From IMG/VR virus record IMGVR_UViG_3300015050_001523, positions 224,001 to 288,000 of that record: 64,000 bases of DNA; one strand, 5' to 3'. Below are positions 1-10,143 of the stretch, in pieces; the stretch's first letter is position 1; each line of letters starts with the position of its first letter. The translations under genes were made by a program, and so were the position numbers. A model generated the notes under the pieces. It saw nothing but the letters and a program-made list of their open reading frames with translations. It did not search any database and was not told where the DNA came from. This DNA comes from a virus. Its lineage: Duplodnaviria > Caudoviricetes.

Positions 1-26
1 ATCTTTTTAATTAAATTAATTAATAT

Positions 27-1955
27 ATGGACTTCACAAAAAAATCATTTCCACAAATTACTAGAATAGAAATTCCTAAAGACACTCAAATAATTTGGGT
101 AAGCGATCTCTTTGTTGAAGATTATGTTGGTGGAGCAGAATTAACATCTGAAGCTTTGATTCAATCAAGTCCATTGAATATTTTTAAACTTCATTCAAAA
201 GATGTAACAATGGATTTATTACAAGAAGGCCAAGATAAGTTTTGGATTTTCGGGAATTTCTTTAATCTTGATCTCAACATTATCCCAGCAATTGTAGTTA
301 ATATGAAATATTCAATTATTGAATATGATTATAAATTCTGTAAGTACAGATCTCCAGAAAAACATGAAATGCAAGAAAAGACTCCTTGTAATTGTTCAAA
401 TGAAGATCATGGCAAATTAATTGCTGCATTTTATTTGGGTTCAAAGCATCTTTGGTGGATGAGCGAAAAACAGATGGAAATTTACCATAATAAATTTCCA
501 TCTTTAAAAGAAAATAAAAACACAGTTCTTTCTTCTGTTTTTGATGATAAAACCCTTGCTACAATTAAATTACTAAGAGAAAATGCAAAAGAAAAAAATA
601 GAAAAGGATGGATTGTACTTGGTAGTAATTCATGGATAAAGGGATTTGAAGATGCGAAAGAGTATTGTGAAAATAATCATTTGGATTATAAGGTTTTGTG
701 GAATCTTCCTTACGAGGTCGTCTTACAGGAATTATCTGAGGCAGAAGGGCACGTATATTTTCCAAGAGGAAATGACACATGTCCAAGAATGGTCATCGAA
801 GCAAAGCTTTTAGGCACTAAACTAATCCTGAACGATTTCGTGCAGCATAAAGACGAAGAATGGTTCAATCCAAAAGCTGACGAAGATGACGAAATAACAC
901 AAATAGAACAATATCTTTACGCTGCACGAGATTGGTTTTGGAATGGAGTAAAATCTGATATTGATTATGTTCCAACAATTTCTGGGTATACAACAACAAG
1001 AAATTGTATATCTCAAAATTATCCATTTGAATCTTCAATATTGTCTTTATTAGATTTTTGTGATGAAGTTGTTGTAATGGATGGTGGCTCTTCTGATGGA
1101 ACCTATCAATTATTAAAAGAATGGGAACAAAAAGAACCAAAATTAAAAATCTATAGTGCAGAATTAGATTGGAATTCCAAAAGATTCGCTATTTTTGATG
1201 GAATGTTGAAGTCTATGGCTAGAGAGAAATGTTCTATGGATTTTTGTTGGCAAAGTGATGTTGATGAAGTGATTCATGAAGATCATATTGAAAAAATCCA
1301 TAAGCTTGTTAAGAATTTTCCTTCAAATGTTGATTTACTTGCCCTTCCAGTGATAGAGTATTGGGGAGGAAAAGATAAGATTAGAATGGATATAAATCCA
1401 TGGAAATGGAGATTGTCGAGAAATAAAAAATATATATGCCATGGAGTTCCTGGGCATTTGAGAGTACAAGATGGTAACGAATATTATTCTAAAATGGGGA
1501 GCGATGGTTGCGACTATATTCATCGAGATACATTAGATTTGATTCCTTTTGCTAACTTTTATACAGCGGAACATGAATTAGCAAGACGCCAATCTTTAAA
1601 AGGTGAACCAATTAAAGAAAATTATCAAACTTGGTTTAATCTTGTTGTTGAAAATCTTCCGTGTGTATACCATTTTTCATGGTGGGATATTGAAAGAAAA
1701 ATAAAAACATATAAAAATTATTGGCAAAGACATTGGGAAAGTCTTTTTAATATTGAAACTGAAGATAATTCAGAGAATAACAAATTTTTTAATAAACCAT
1801 GGTCAGAAGTTTCAGATGAAGAAATAAAAGAAAAGGCAATTGAATTATCTGAAAAAACTGGCGGGTGGATTTTTCATGACAAATGGAATGGACAAACTTT
1901 GCCACATCTAACAATAGAAAAAGACATGCCAAAATATATAAAAAATTGGGTCTAA
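27..1955 (+). CDS. Two-domain glycosyltransferase (N-terminal GT-B-like + C-terminal GT2/GT-A)
   Basis: N-terminal half ends in a GT-B-like donor motif (PRGNDTCPRMVIEAKLLG). C-terminal half has GT2 hallmarks (TTTRNC, DEVVVMDGGSSDGT, DVDE). Confidence 0.8.
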   Translation: MDFTKKSFPQITRIEIPKDTQIIWVSDLFVEDYVGGAELTSEALIQSSPLNIFKLHSKDVTMDLLQEGQDKFWIFGNFFNLDLNIIPAIVVNMKYSIIEYDYKFCKYRSPEKHEMQEKTPCNCSNEDHGKLIAAFYLGSKHLWWMSEKQMEIYHNKFPSLKENKNTVLSSVFDDKTLATIKLLRENAKEKNRKGWIVLGSNSWIKGFEDAKEYCENNHLDYKVLWNLPYEVVLQELSEAEGHVYFPRGNDTCPRMVIEAKLLGTKLILNDFVQHKDEEWFNPKADEDDEITQIEQYLYAARDWFWNGVKSDIDYVPTISGYTTTRNCISQNYPFESSILSLLDFCDEVVVMDGGSSDGTYQLLKEWEQKEPKLKIYSAELDWNSKRFAIFDGMLKSMAREKCSMDFCWQSDVDEVIHEDHIEKIHKLVKNFPSNVDLLALPVIEYWGGKDKIRMDINPWKWRLSRNKKYICHGVPGHLRVQDGNEYYSKMGSDGCDYIHRDTLDLIPFANFYTAEHELARRQSLKGEPIKENYQTWFNLVVENLPCVYHFSWWDIERKIKTYKNYWQRHWESLFNIETEDNSENNKFFNKPWSEVSDEEIKEKAIELSEKTGGWIFHDKWNGQTLPHLTIEKDMPKYIKNWV

Positions 1956-1968
1956 CATGTGATAATAT

Positions 1969-2745
1969 TTGTCGATGTCAAATAGATTTGTATTTGTAGT
2001 TCCCTGCTTCAACGCAGAAAAAACGATTGAAAGAATGCTTATGAGCGTTTTCCTTCAAACTTATGATAATTGGCTTATCTTAATTGCTGATGATATGAGC
2101 ACTGATAGAACAATCTCAAAAATTCAAGAAACTTGTATGAGATTTAATGTTCCTTGGCAGAATTATGAATATGAACTCGGTCGTAATATTTGGCTAAATG
2201 AAAAAAAGGTTCTTTATTGGAAAAACAATGAAAAACATTGGGAAGTTAAAAATGTTCTCAAGATGATTAATTCAGAAGTTGTAAAGGACAATGATATTAT
2301 TTGTCGTCTTGATGGGGATGATTTCCTTTGTAATCTTTGCGCTCTTAAAGATATCAATTTTGCTTATAATGAAACAAATGCCGAATGTCTTTGGACAGCT
2401 CATCGATGGTCAGATACATGGCAAAATATTTCAGATGCTTTGCCTGTTGATGCGAATGTCTACGAGTACAGATGGGTAACATCTCATTTTAAAACATTTA
2501 GAAAAAATTTGATTACAGATGTAAATGATGAAAATTTCCGTGGAATGGATGGAGAATATATAAAAAGAGCTGGAGATCAGGCAATTTATCTTCCTGTTTT
2601 ACATAAATCAAAAAGAAGAGTATTCCTCCCAACTGTAACGTATTATTATACAATAAATCTAAGCCCAGAAACATTCAAATCAGAAGATGCAAAATTTCAA
2701 TTAGAAGAGTCCAATTATTTGCGTAAAAGAGGCTATGTAGAGTAG
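1969..2745 (+). CDS. Family 2 glycosyltransferase
   Basis: FVVPCFNAEKTIERML, LIADDMSTD and a DxD motif (RLDGDD). Confidence 0.9.
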   Translation: MSMSNRFVFVVPCFNAEKTIERMLMSVFLQTYDNWLILIADDMSTDRTISKIQETCMRFNVPWQNYEYELGRNIWLNEKKVLYWKNNEKHWEVKNVLKMINSEVVKDNDIICRLDGDDFLCNLCALKDINFAYNETNAECLWTAHRWSDTWQNISDALPVDANVYEYRWVTSHFKTFRKNLITDVNDENFRGMDGEYIKRAGDQAIYLPVLHKSKRRVFLPTVTYYYTINLSPETFKSEDAKFQLEESNYLRKRGYVE

Positions 2746-2755
2746 GAGTTTATAG

Positions 2756-3082
2756 ATGAAATATATATATTTTCATAATGCTATTTTTAATAAAGGACGT
2801 CATCTAACAATTAGAAAAGGATCCAAATGGTATCAATCAATTTCTCAAGGAGAAATTTTAACTCTTGTAGATATGGAGACTGGTGGAAGTTCTAAAACAG
2901 CAAAAGTTCTAAGAATAGAAGTAATGAATTTTCAAGATATTCCTGAAGATATTCTTAAATTGTCGTTAAATCCCGAATGTAAAACAAAAAAGGGTCTTTT
3001 GAATAATATGAAAAGTATATATTTGGACTTTAGCCCTGAAAAAGATGAAGTTAGTTTGATTTTTTTTGAGATTAATGAATAA
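2756..3082 (+). CDS. ASCH/PUA-like domain protein
   Basis: LTIRKG...GEILTL...AKVLRIEVMNFQDI...IY...DEVSLIFFE pattern fits the ASCH fold. Confidence 0.55.
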   Translation: MKYIYFHNAIFNKGRHLTIRKGSKWYQSISQGEILTLVDMETGGSSKTAKVLRIEVMNFQDIPEDILKLSLNPECKTKKGLLNNMKSIYLDFSPEKDEVSLIFFEINE

Positions 3083-3109
3083 AACCTTTTAAATACAAGG
3101 AATTAAAAT

Positions 3110-4057
3110 ATGAAAATATATTTTGATAATGTTGCTTTCTCTTCTTCTTCAGGTCCAAATTCATTTGGAAAAAGATTATCTGATCAATTTATTAAAATGG
3201 GACATGAAATTGTAAAAGATGGAGAAGAACATGATGTTTTTTTGTCCTTTATTCAAAGAAATAAAATCCCATATAAAAATGCCAAAACTGTTTTGCGACT
3301 TGATGGAATCTGGTTTAAGCCAGAAAATTTTGAAGAAAATAATAAAAAAATAAAAGAAGCTTATTTGTCTTATGATTATGTTATTTTCCAAAGTTATTTT
3401 GATAAGGCAATGATGGAAAAACATTTTGGAGAGAGAGAAGGATGCTCAGTAATCCATAATGGAATAGAGATTACTAAAAAAAATATTATTCATCAAATAA
3501 AACATTCAAATGAGAAGATCTTTGTTTGTTCTGCTAATTGGCATCCTCAAAAAAGACTAAAAGAAAATATTGATTTATTTAATCAAATAAGAAAAAAATT
3601 AAATAAAGATGGAGAAGATGCACGCCTTTATATTTTAGGAATGTGCCATGATATTGAAAATATAAACATTGATAGTTTTGATAATGTATTTTATTTGGGA
3701 CATCAAAATCATGAAACATGTTTAAGATTTTATGCAACCGCTGATTATTTTATACATCTAGCATGGTTGGACCATTGTCCAAATGTAGTAGTAGAAGCCT
3801 TATCTCAAGGATGCCCAGTAATTTGTACAGATAGTGGCGGAACTAAAGAAATAGTAAGAAATTCGGGAATAATTATCCCAGAAACGAAACCATATAATTT
3901 TGAATTAACAGATTATGATTGTCCTTATAATGTTGATTTTTCAACATTTGAATTACCTAAATTAAGGCCAATTGTAAATTCAGAATATCTTGAGATCAGC
4001 AAAGTTGCTGAAAATTATATAAATGTATTTAAAGGAATAAAATATGCAATCACCTGA
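3110..4057 (+). CDS. GT4-type (GT-B) glycosyltransferase
   Basis: ADYFIHLAWLDHCPNVVVEALSQGCPVICTDSGGTKE motif; VIHNG. Confidence 0.88.
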   Translation: MKIYFDNVAFSSSSGPNSFGKRLSDQFIKMGHEIVKDGEEHDVFLSFIQRNKIPYKNAKTVLRLDGIWFKPENFEENNKKIKEAYLSYDYVIFQSYFDKAMMEKHFGEREGCSVIHNGIEITKKNIIHQIKHSNEKIFVCSANWHPQKRLKENIDLFNQIRKKLNKDGEDARLYILGMCHDIENINIDSFDNVFYLGHQNHETCLRFYATADYFIHLAWLDHCPNVVVEALSQGCPVICTDSGGTKEIVRNSGIIIPETKPYNFELTDYDCPYNVDFSTFELPKLRPIVNSEYLEISKVAENYINVFKGIKYAIT

Positions 4058-4307
4058 ACAATTAAGAGACGATAAATATAGATCAATACTTCAATTTGAA
4101 ACAAAAAAATTGAAAAATTTAATAAAAATTCAAGAAAGAATGATGCTTCTTATGTCATGTCTTGAATTTGATAAAGAAAATGAAGAAGAAGAGAGTGAAG
4201 AATATGAAGATGAGGATGGGAATGGAGAAAGCCCAATACATAGTGAATTATTTACATTGATGGAACTCTATAAAGTAATTATTAGTAAAGTTGGACCTGA
4301 ATATTAG
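4044..4307 (+). CDS. Small acidic hypothetical protein
   Basis: Fills the gap between two GT genes with coupled ends; E/D-rich tract. Confidence 0.55.
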   Translation: MQSPEQLRDDKYRSILQFETKKLKNLIKIQERMMLLMSCLEFDKENEEEESEEYEDEDGNGESPIHSELFTLMELYKVIISKVGPEY

Positions 4308-5207
4308 ATGGAAAAATTGTTAGTAAATAGGAAGCCTGTAGATGGTCCTTGGGGCGGCGGGAATTTATTTGTTCGAGCCTTATGTGAAAATGCGCCACTT
4401 TATGGCTATGAAATAACTCATAAAATAGAACCAGGCATAAAAAAAATAGTTTTAGTTGACCCGCGATATGATGAACTTGGTATCTCTGCAAAGGAAATTC
4501 TTGAATATAAAAAGAAAAATCCAAATGTAAAAGTTTTGCATAGAGTAAATGAATGTGATGCAAGAAAATCTACAAAGGACATAGATCATTTATTAAAAGA
4601 ATGTTTTGATCTAATAGATGATAAAATTGTTTTTATTTCTTCATGGCTTAAGGATTACCATTCTTTAAGTTCAGATAATCAATCTGTAATCTATAATGGA
4701 ACAAATAATAAATGGCATTATCAAAGTAATAATAAAAATAACAATCAGAAAATTAAAATTTTAGTTCATCATTGGAGCGATAATATAATGAAGAACAAAT
4801 TCACTCATAAAATTGATGAATTTGTTGGGAAAAATTCAGATAAGTATGAATTTACTTATATTGGAAGAGCGCCAGCAGGATTAAATCATACAAAAGTTAT
4901 AAACCCTTTATTTGGTCAGGAACTTGGAGAAGAATTAAGAAAACATGATGTCTATATTAATAGTTCTTTATGGGATCCTGCTCCAAATTCCATAACAGAA
5001 GCATTGGCAGTAAATTTACCAACTTATGTATACAAGGATGCTGGTGGGGCTTGTGAAATGGTTGGAGAAGACCATGTTTATTCTAGTTGGGAAGATTTAG
5101 AGTCATTGCTTCTTGGCAGAATTTTTGAAAAAAATAAAAATGCCATACAAATAAATGATTGGTCAAAACAAATAGAAAGTTATTTTGAAATTCTAGATGC
5201 ATTATGA
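4308..5207 (+). CDS. GT4-type glycosyltransferase
   Basis: GPWGGGN N-terminus; HDVYINSSLWDPAPNSITEALAVNLP...GGACE motif. Confidence 0.85.
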   Translation: MEKLLVNRKPVDGPWGGGNLFVRALCENAPLYGYEITHKIEPGIKKIVLVDPRYDELGISAKEILEYKKKNPNVKVLHRVNECDARKSTKDIDHLLKECFDLIDDKIVFISSWLKDYHSLSSDNQSVIYNGTNNKWHYQSNNKNNNQKIKILVHHWSDNIMKNKFTHKIDEFVGKNSDKYEFTYIGRAPAGLNHTKVINPLFGQELGEELRKHDVYINSSLWDPAPNSITEALAVNLPTYVYKDAGGACEMVGEDHVYSSWEDLESLLLGRIFEKNKNAIQINDWSKQIESYFEILDAL

Positions 5208-5938
5208 AAGGTGCGATTATAGGAACTGGATATTGGGGAAAGAAATTATATAAATTTTTCCCCAAAGAAAGTATTATTGGCTATATTAATAATGGAAATT
5301 CTTTAATTCCCGAATTAAACAAAATCTCTTTTGAAGAGGCATTAGATAAAGTTGATTATTTTATAATAAGTTGCCCAATAGAGCATTTGTCAAAATACGG
5401 AATAATGGCACTTGAAAATAATAAACATATATTTATAGAGAAACCAGGTTCAATTGATATTGACGATCTTCAAAAGATGATTGATTTATCAAAAAAAAAT
5501 AATTTGGTTTCCTTAGTAAATTATAAATTTATAAAAGATTCAAACATTCAAAAAATAAATAATTCTTCTATAATCAGTTTAGAATGGAATAAATATGGTT
5601 CATTTAATAATGATATTAAGTTAAACTTATTGACTCATCATCTAGCTGTATTTATATTTATTTATGGAATAAACAATATTGGTGTTTTTGCACAAGAAGA
5701 TAAATTAACTTGTGAATTTGGAAAGATTGCAATATCCAAAATTGACAGAACAATTAAAGATAAAGATAATCATTTTCATAGAATTTATAATAATGGAAAA
5801 TACCATCATATGGATTCTGATGATGTTCTTATGGCTAAGCAAGTATATGACTTTTTTAATTCAATAAAATTAGGAAAGTCACCTGAATGCGATCTTTGTT
5901 TGAGTTTGGATGTATTGAGATTAATTTATGAAATATAA
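5204..5938 (+). CDS. Gfo/Idh/MocA-family NAD(P)-dependent oxidoreductase
   Basis: GAIIGTGYWG Rossmann motif and HIFIEKP motif. Confidence 0.85.
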   Translation: MKGAIIGTGYWGKKLYKFFPKESIIGYINNGNSLIPELNKISFEEALDKVDYFIISCPIEHLSKYGIMALENNKHIFIEKPGSIDIDDLQKMIDLSKKNNLVSLVNYKFIKDSNIQKINNSSIISLEWNKYGSFNNDIKLNLLTHHLAVFIFIYGINNIGVFAQEDKLTCEFGKIAISKIDRTIKDKDNHFHRIYNNGKYHHMDSDDVLMAKQVYDFFNSIKLGKSPECDLCLSLDVLRLIYEI

Positions 5939-6974
5939 AATAGCTGTTATAGGTGGTGGAATATTCGGAATAACATCTGCTTTATTTCTAGATCAAAAAG
6001 GTCATGATGTTTATTTATTTGAAAAAAATGAATCGTTACTAACAGAAGCCTCATTTGGTAATCAGTTTAGATTGCATAGAGGCTATCATTATCCAAGAAG
6101 TCCAAAAACTGTTTCTAATTTATTAAAAAGCTCAATTGAATTTGAAAAATTTTATGACTTAGCAATAAAAAAAGATTGCGAACATTATTATTGTATTGCA
6201 AGTTCAAATAGTCTTATAACTCCAAATAATTATTTGAAATTTTGTGATGAAAATAATCTTGAATATGAAATTGTAAAAAATGCTGATTTTGTAAAAAATG
6301 TTGATTTAACTATTAAAGTTAAAGAAAACTTAATAGATTATCAAATTTTAAAATTATTATGTTATAAAAAAATAACATCTTCACAAATAAAAACTAGATT
6401 TAATACTAGATTTAAAAAATCAAATATTCTAGATTTTGATATTGTTGTTAATTGCTCTTATAAAGATATAAATTTTATTTCAGAATCAGTTAAGAACTAT
6501 CAATATGAGTTATGTGAAAAGATAATGGTAAAAGTGCCTGACTCTTTATCTAATAAGAGCATTGTTATTATGGATGGCCCATTTATGTGTATTGATCCAT
6601 TCGCAAAACCTAATTTTTCTCTTTTGGGAAATGTTGTTCATGCAATTCATTCATCAAATACTGGGGTGCAAGCTATTATTCCTAATGAATATGAAAAATA
6701 TTTGCAAAATATAGAATATTCTGAATCGATAAAAATCGATAAAAAATCAAACTTTGATAAATTTATTGAAACAGGTAAAGTTTACATCCCAGATATGGAA
6801 AAAATAGAATATATAGGTTCGAAAATGGTAGTTAGGGCTGTACTTCCAAATGTTGAAAAAACTGATGAAAGACCAACAATTGTAACAATGAAAGATAATA
6901 TTATTGATGTTTTTTCTGGTAAGATCGATACTTGTATCTCGGCTGCAAGGTCCGTAATTTCATATTTAGAGTAA
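5928..6974 (+). CDS. FAD-dependent oxidoreductase
   Basis: IAVIGGGIFG, LFEK, ASFGNQFRLHRGYHYPRS, C-terminal SGKID. Confidence 0.85.
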   Translation: MKYKIAVIGGGIFGITSALFLDQKGHDVYLFEKNESLLTEASFGNQFRLHRGYHYPRSPKTVSNLLKSSIEFEKFYDLAIKKDCEHYYCIASSNSLITPNNYLKFCDENNLEYEIVKNADFVKNVDLTIKVKENLIDYQILKLLCYKKITSSQIKTRFNTRFKKSNILDFDIVVNCSYKDINFISESVKNYQYELCEKIMVKVPDSLSNKSIVIMDGPFMCIDPFAKPNFSLLGNVVHAIHSSNTGVQAIIPNEYEKYLQNIEYSESIKIDKKSNFDKFIETGKVYIPDMEKIEYIGSKMVVRAVLPNVEKTDERPTIVTMKDNIIDVFSGKIDTCISAARSVISYLE

Positions 6975-7028
6975 ATTTTGTGATGATCTATAGTAAGTTA
7001 TACAGTTAGAGATGGAGCCTTCTAAGTT

Positions 7029-7955
7029 ATGAAAGTATATGTTCATGGACCTAATGAAAATTGGATAGTAGATCGATTTACTGATGAGTTTAGAACTTAT
7101 TGCTCAGATATTTCAGTAAATAATCCATATGATGCAGACATAATTTGGCTTATTGCAGATTGGTGTTACAACCAACTGCCATATGATTTATTAAAAAAGA
7201 AAAAGGTTTTTACTACAAATTTTCATATTGTTCCTGAAAAGTTCAATTCAAATTCTAGAATAGACTTCATGAAAAGAGATGTGATAACTGATCTTTATCA
7301 TTCATCCTGTAATAAAACAGAAGAATATTTGAGAGATGTTGGAGCAACAAAGCCCATTTGGACAGGACTAACTTGGGTTAATGGAAGTTTGTGGAAAAAG
7401 CTTGAGAATAAAAAAGAAATAAGAAGAGGATTTGGAATTCATGATGATGAATTTGTTATTGGTAGTTTTCAAAGGGATACAGAAGGTCATGATTTAAAAA
7501 GTCCAAAATTGGAAAAAGGACCAGATATCTTTTGCGACTATGTTGAAAAGGTCGCAAAAGATAAAAAAGTTGTTGTTCTTTTGGGTGGGTGGAGACGCGA
7601 ATATGTGATCAATCGACTAAACAATTCCAATATTCGCTTTATATTTTTAAAACTTCCAAATTTTGAAACATTAAATAAAATGTACAATGCTCTTGATTTA
7701 TATGTTGTTGGTTCTCGTTATGAAGGTGGTCCACAATCTATTTTGGAGTGTGCTGCAATAGAAACTCCAATCATTTCAACGGATGTTGGTGTAGCTTCTC
7801 ATATACTGAGCAATGAAAGCATTTCAAAAGAAATAAGTGCAGAATCTCTTTTGAAATGCTTGCCAAATATAGATTATGCAAAAAAGAAAGTTCAAGAATT
7901 ATTAATCCCTCAAGGATTTAATATTTTTAGAGAAAAATTGAAAGAATTATTATGA
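7029..7955 (+). CDS. GT4-type glycosyltransferase
   Basis: YNALDLYVVGSRYEGGPQSILECAAIETPIISTDVG motif; EKGPD. Confidence 0.88.
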   Translation: MKVYVHGPNENWIVDRFTDEFRTYCSDISVNNPYDADIIWLIADWCYNQLPYDLLKKKKVFTTNFHIVPEKFNSNSRIDFMKRDVITDLYHSSCNKTEEYLRDVGATKPIWTGLTWVNGSLWKKLENKKEIRRGFGIHDDEFVIGSFQRDTEGHDLKSPKLEKGPDIFCDYVEKVAKDKKVVVLLGGWRREYVINRLNNSNIRFIFLKLPNFETLNKMYNALDLYVVGSRYEGGPQSILECAAIETPIISTDVGVASHILSNESISKEISAESLLKCLPNIDYAKKKVQELLIPQGFNIFREKLKELL

Positions 7956-9001
7956 AAAAAAAATGTTTAATAACGGGGATATCAGGGCAAGATGGTGCTT
8001 ATCTATCGAAGATCTTGCTTGAAAAAGGATATGAAGTGTATGGGGCAGAAAGACGCAGTGCTTCAAGTGAGCATTGGAGATTGAAAGAGCTAGGGATTCT
8101 TGACAAAATTAAAATGGTGCCCTTTGAGTTGCTTGAACATAGCAATATAATAAAAACATTAGAAAACATCATGCCAGACGAGATTTACAATCTTGCAGCC
8201 ATGAGCTTTGTTGGTACTTCTTTCGATCAACCAATTTTTACATGCGATGTAAATGGACTTGGTGTTGTTCGGTTGCTTGAGTCCATAAAAATGATTTGCC
8301 CTAAAGCAAAATTTTATCAAGCAAGCACTTCTGAAATGTTTGGTTCGTCATATTTTATTGGAGAAAATTATGGAAAACGATATCATTATCAAAATGAAGC
8401 AACACCATTTCATCCAAGAAGTCCATATGGCTGCGCAAAACTTCTTGCTCATTCTATGGTTGTAAATTATAGAGAAGCATATGGAATATTTGCTTGTTCA
8501 GGAATATTATTTAATCATGAAAGTCCTTTTCGTGGAGATGAATTTGTAACAAAGAAAATTACAAAAACTTTGGCCAAAATTCAGAATGGAGAAGATATTG
8601 TTCTTGAATTGGGGAATATTCATGCAAGAAGAGATTGGGGACATGCTGAAGATTATTGTCTTGGAATGTGGCTTATGTTGCAACAAGATAAACCTGATGA
8701 TTTTGTGCTTTCATCAGGAGAAACAAGAAGCGTTAAAGAATTTATAAATGTAGCTGCAAAATATTTAAATTGGAATATCCGATGGGATGGAGAAGGACTT
8801 GATGAAAAAGCCTTTCTTGTAAAAGATGATAAAGAAAAGCTAATTGTAAAAATAAATAAAGATTTTTATAGGCCATCAGATGTAGAGTATCTTTGTGGTA
8901 GTTCTGAAAAGGCAAAAAAATATTTGAATTGGGTTCCAAAATATTCTTTTGAAGATTTAGTTAGCTCAATGATTGATTACGATCTGATTTGCAGTGTATA
9001 A
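7952..9001 (+). CDS. gmd: GDP-mannose 4,6-dehydratase
   Basis: LITGISGQDGAYL, YNLAAMSFV, FYQASTSEMFG, PRSPYGCAKL, GILFNHESPFRG, RDWGHA, RPSDV. Confidence 0.96.
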   Translation: MKKKCLITGISGQDGAYLSKILLEKGYEVYGAERRSASSEHWRLKELGILDKIKMVPFELLEHSNIIKTLENIMPDEIYNLAAMSFVGTSFDQPIFTCDVNGLGVVRLLESIKMICPKAKFYQASTSEMFGSSYFIGENYGKRYHYQNEATPFHPRSPYGCAKLLAHSMVVNYREAYGIFACSGILFNHESPFRGDEFVTKKITKTLAKIQNGEDIVLELGNIHARRDWGHAEDYCLGMWLMLQQDKPDDFVLSSGETRSVKEFINVAAKYLNWNIRWDGEGLDEKAFLVKDDKEKLIVKINKDFYRPSDVEYLCGSSEKAKKYLNWVPKYSFEDLVSSMIDYDLICSV

Positions 9002-9016
9002 AGATGTAAAATAAAA

Positions 9017-9595
9017 ATGAAAATACCGGACAAATATACACATAAAGCAACAATAACAAATAAATTAAGAGAAGATTTAATTAATTTATCTAAAGAGATT
9101 GATAATAATTCATATCTTGAAATTGGCTTTGATAAAGGATTTACTATAGCATCTTTGGTTCCATATTTTAAATCAATCTATGGAATAGATATAAACAAAG
9201 ATAGGCATAATGAAGCAAATATTTTATTGTCAGAAAATAAGAATATAACTCTTATTTATGGAGACTCAACCAGTATTCCATTAGGTAGTTATAGTGTTAT
9301 TTTAATTGACGCAAATCATAGTTATAAAAATGTTTTGTTTGATACATATAACATTTTAGTAAAAAATATCAATGAAGAACCTTTTGCAATTGTTTATCAT
9401 GATTATGGACTTGTTGAAGCAGGAGTTAAGAAGTTTTGCGATCAATATTTTTTAGACTTTATGAAACCTGTAGGAGAAAAGTCTGGATGGAATCCTTTAG
9501 GCGGGAAAACAAATGATCAAGAAGCCATGGTTTGTGTATTTGATGCAGACCTAAAAGAAAAATATTTAGATATTTTTAAAGGAGTTTTAGAATGA
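9017..9595 (+). CDS. Class I SAM-dependent methyltransferase (Methyltransf_24-like)
   Basis: YLEIGFDKG (motif I), YGID, LIDANHSY, IVYHDYG. Confidence 0.8.
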   Translation: MKIPDKYTHKATITNKLREDLINLSKEIDNNSYLEIGFDKGFTIASLVPYFKSIYGIDINKDRHNEANILLSENKNITLIYGDSTSIPLGSYSVILIDANHSYKNVLFDTYNILVKNINEEPFAIVYHDYGLVEAGVKKFCDQYFLDFMKPVGEKSGWNPLGGKTNDQEAMVCVFDADLKEKYLDIFKGVLE

Positions 9596-10134
9596 CGTAC
9601 ATTGATTTGAATTCTATGTCAATAACAAATAAATTAAAAGATGATTTAATTAAATTTTCAAAAGGGTTTAAAAAGGCGTCTTTTCTTCAATTAGGGTTTG
9701 ATGAAAATTTTATTATATTGGATTTGGCTACACATTTTAAATCTTTGTATGGAATTGATGACAGTCAAGATTTATACAATCAAGGCACAAATATTATTAA
9801 TAAAAACAAAACAAAAAATATTATGATTTTTTGTGGAAATTCTACAAGAATTCCATTAAATCGATATGATGTTGTGCTTATAAATTCATCAAAAAGTGTA
9901 ATGACAGACACAATAAATGTATTTTCAAAAAACTTTAATAATGATCCATTTTTAATCATTTATAATGGATATAACTTTACAAATGATGTTAAGGTTTTCT
10001 GCGATGAGAACTTTAAAAATTTTATGATTCCTGTTGGAATAACAGATTCATCAGGACCTGAAGCTGTTGCTTGTGCATTTAATGGAGATACAAAGAAAAA
10101 ATATTTAAATTTGCTCAAAGAAAAAAACATATAA
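9592..10134 (+). CDS. Degenerate paralogue of the upstream methyltransferase
   Basis: Collinear with 9017..9595 (ITNKL.DDLI, GFD, FKSLYGID), but the SAM and DxxH motifs are altered. Confidence 0.7.
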   Translation: MTYIDLNSMSITNKLKDDLIKFSKGFKKASFLQLGFDENFIILDLATHFKSLYGIDDSQDLYNQGTNIINKNKTKNIMIFCGNSTRIPLNRYDVVLINSSKSVMTDTINVFSKNFNNDPFLIIYNGYNFTNDVKVFCDENFKNFMIPVGITDSSGPEAVACAFNGDTKKKYLNLLKEKNI

Positions 10135-10143
10135 GGAAAAAAC

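Noticed and set aside
7-23. TTAATTAA-A-TTAATTAA inverted repeat before the first gene
   Set aside because: Pure A/T, at the window edge, not repeated elsewhere.
6978-7006. Sigma70-like promoter TTGTGA-17-TACAGT
   Set aside because: Several mismatches to consensus in an AT-rich genome; cannot be distinguished from chance.
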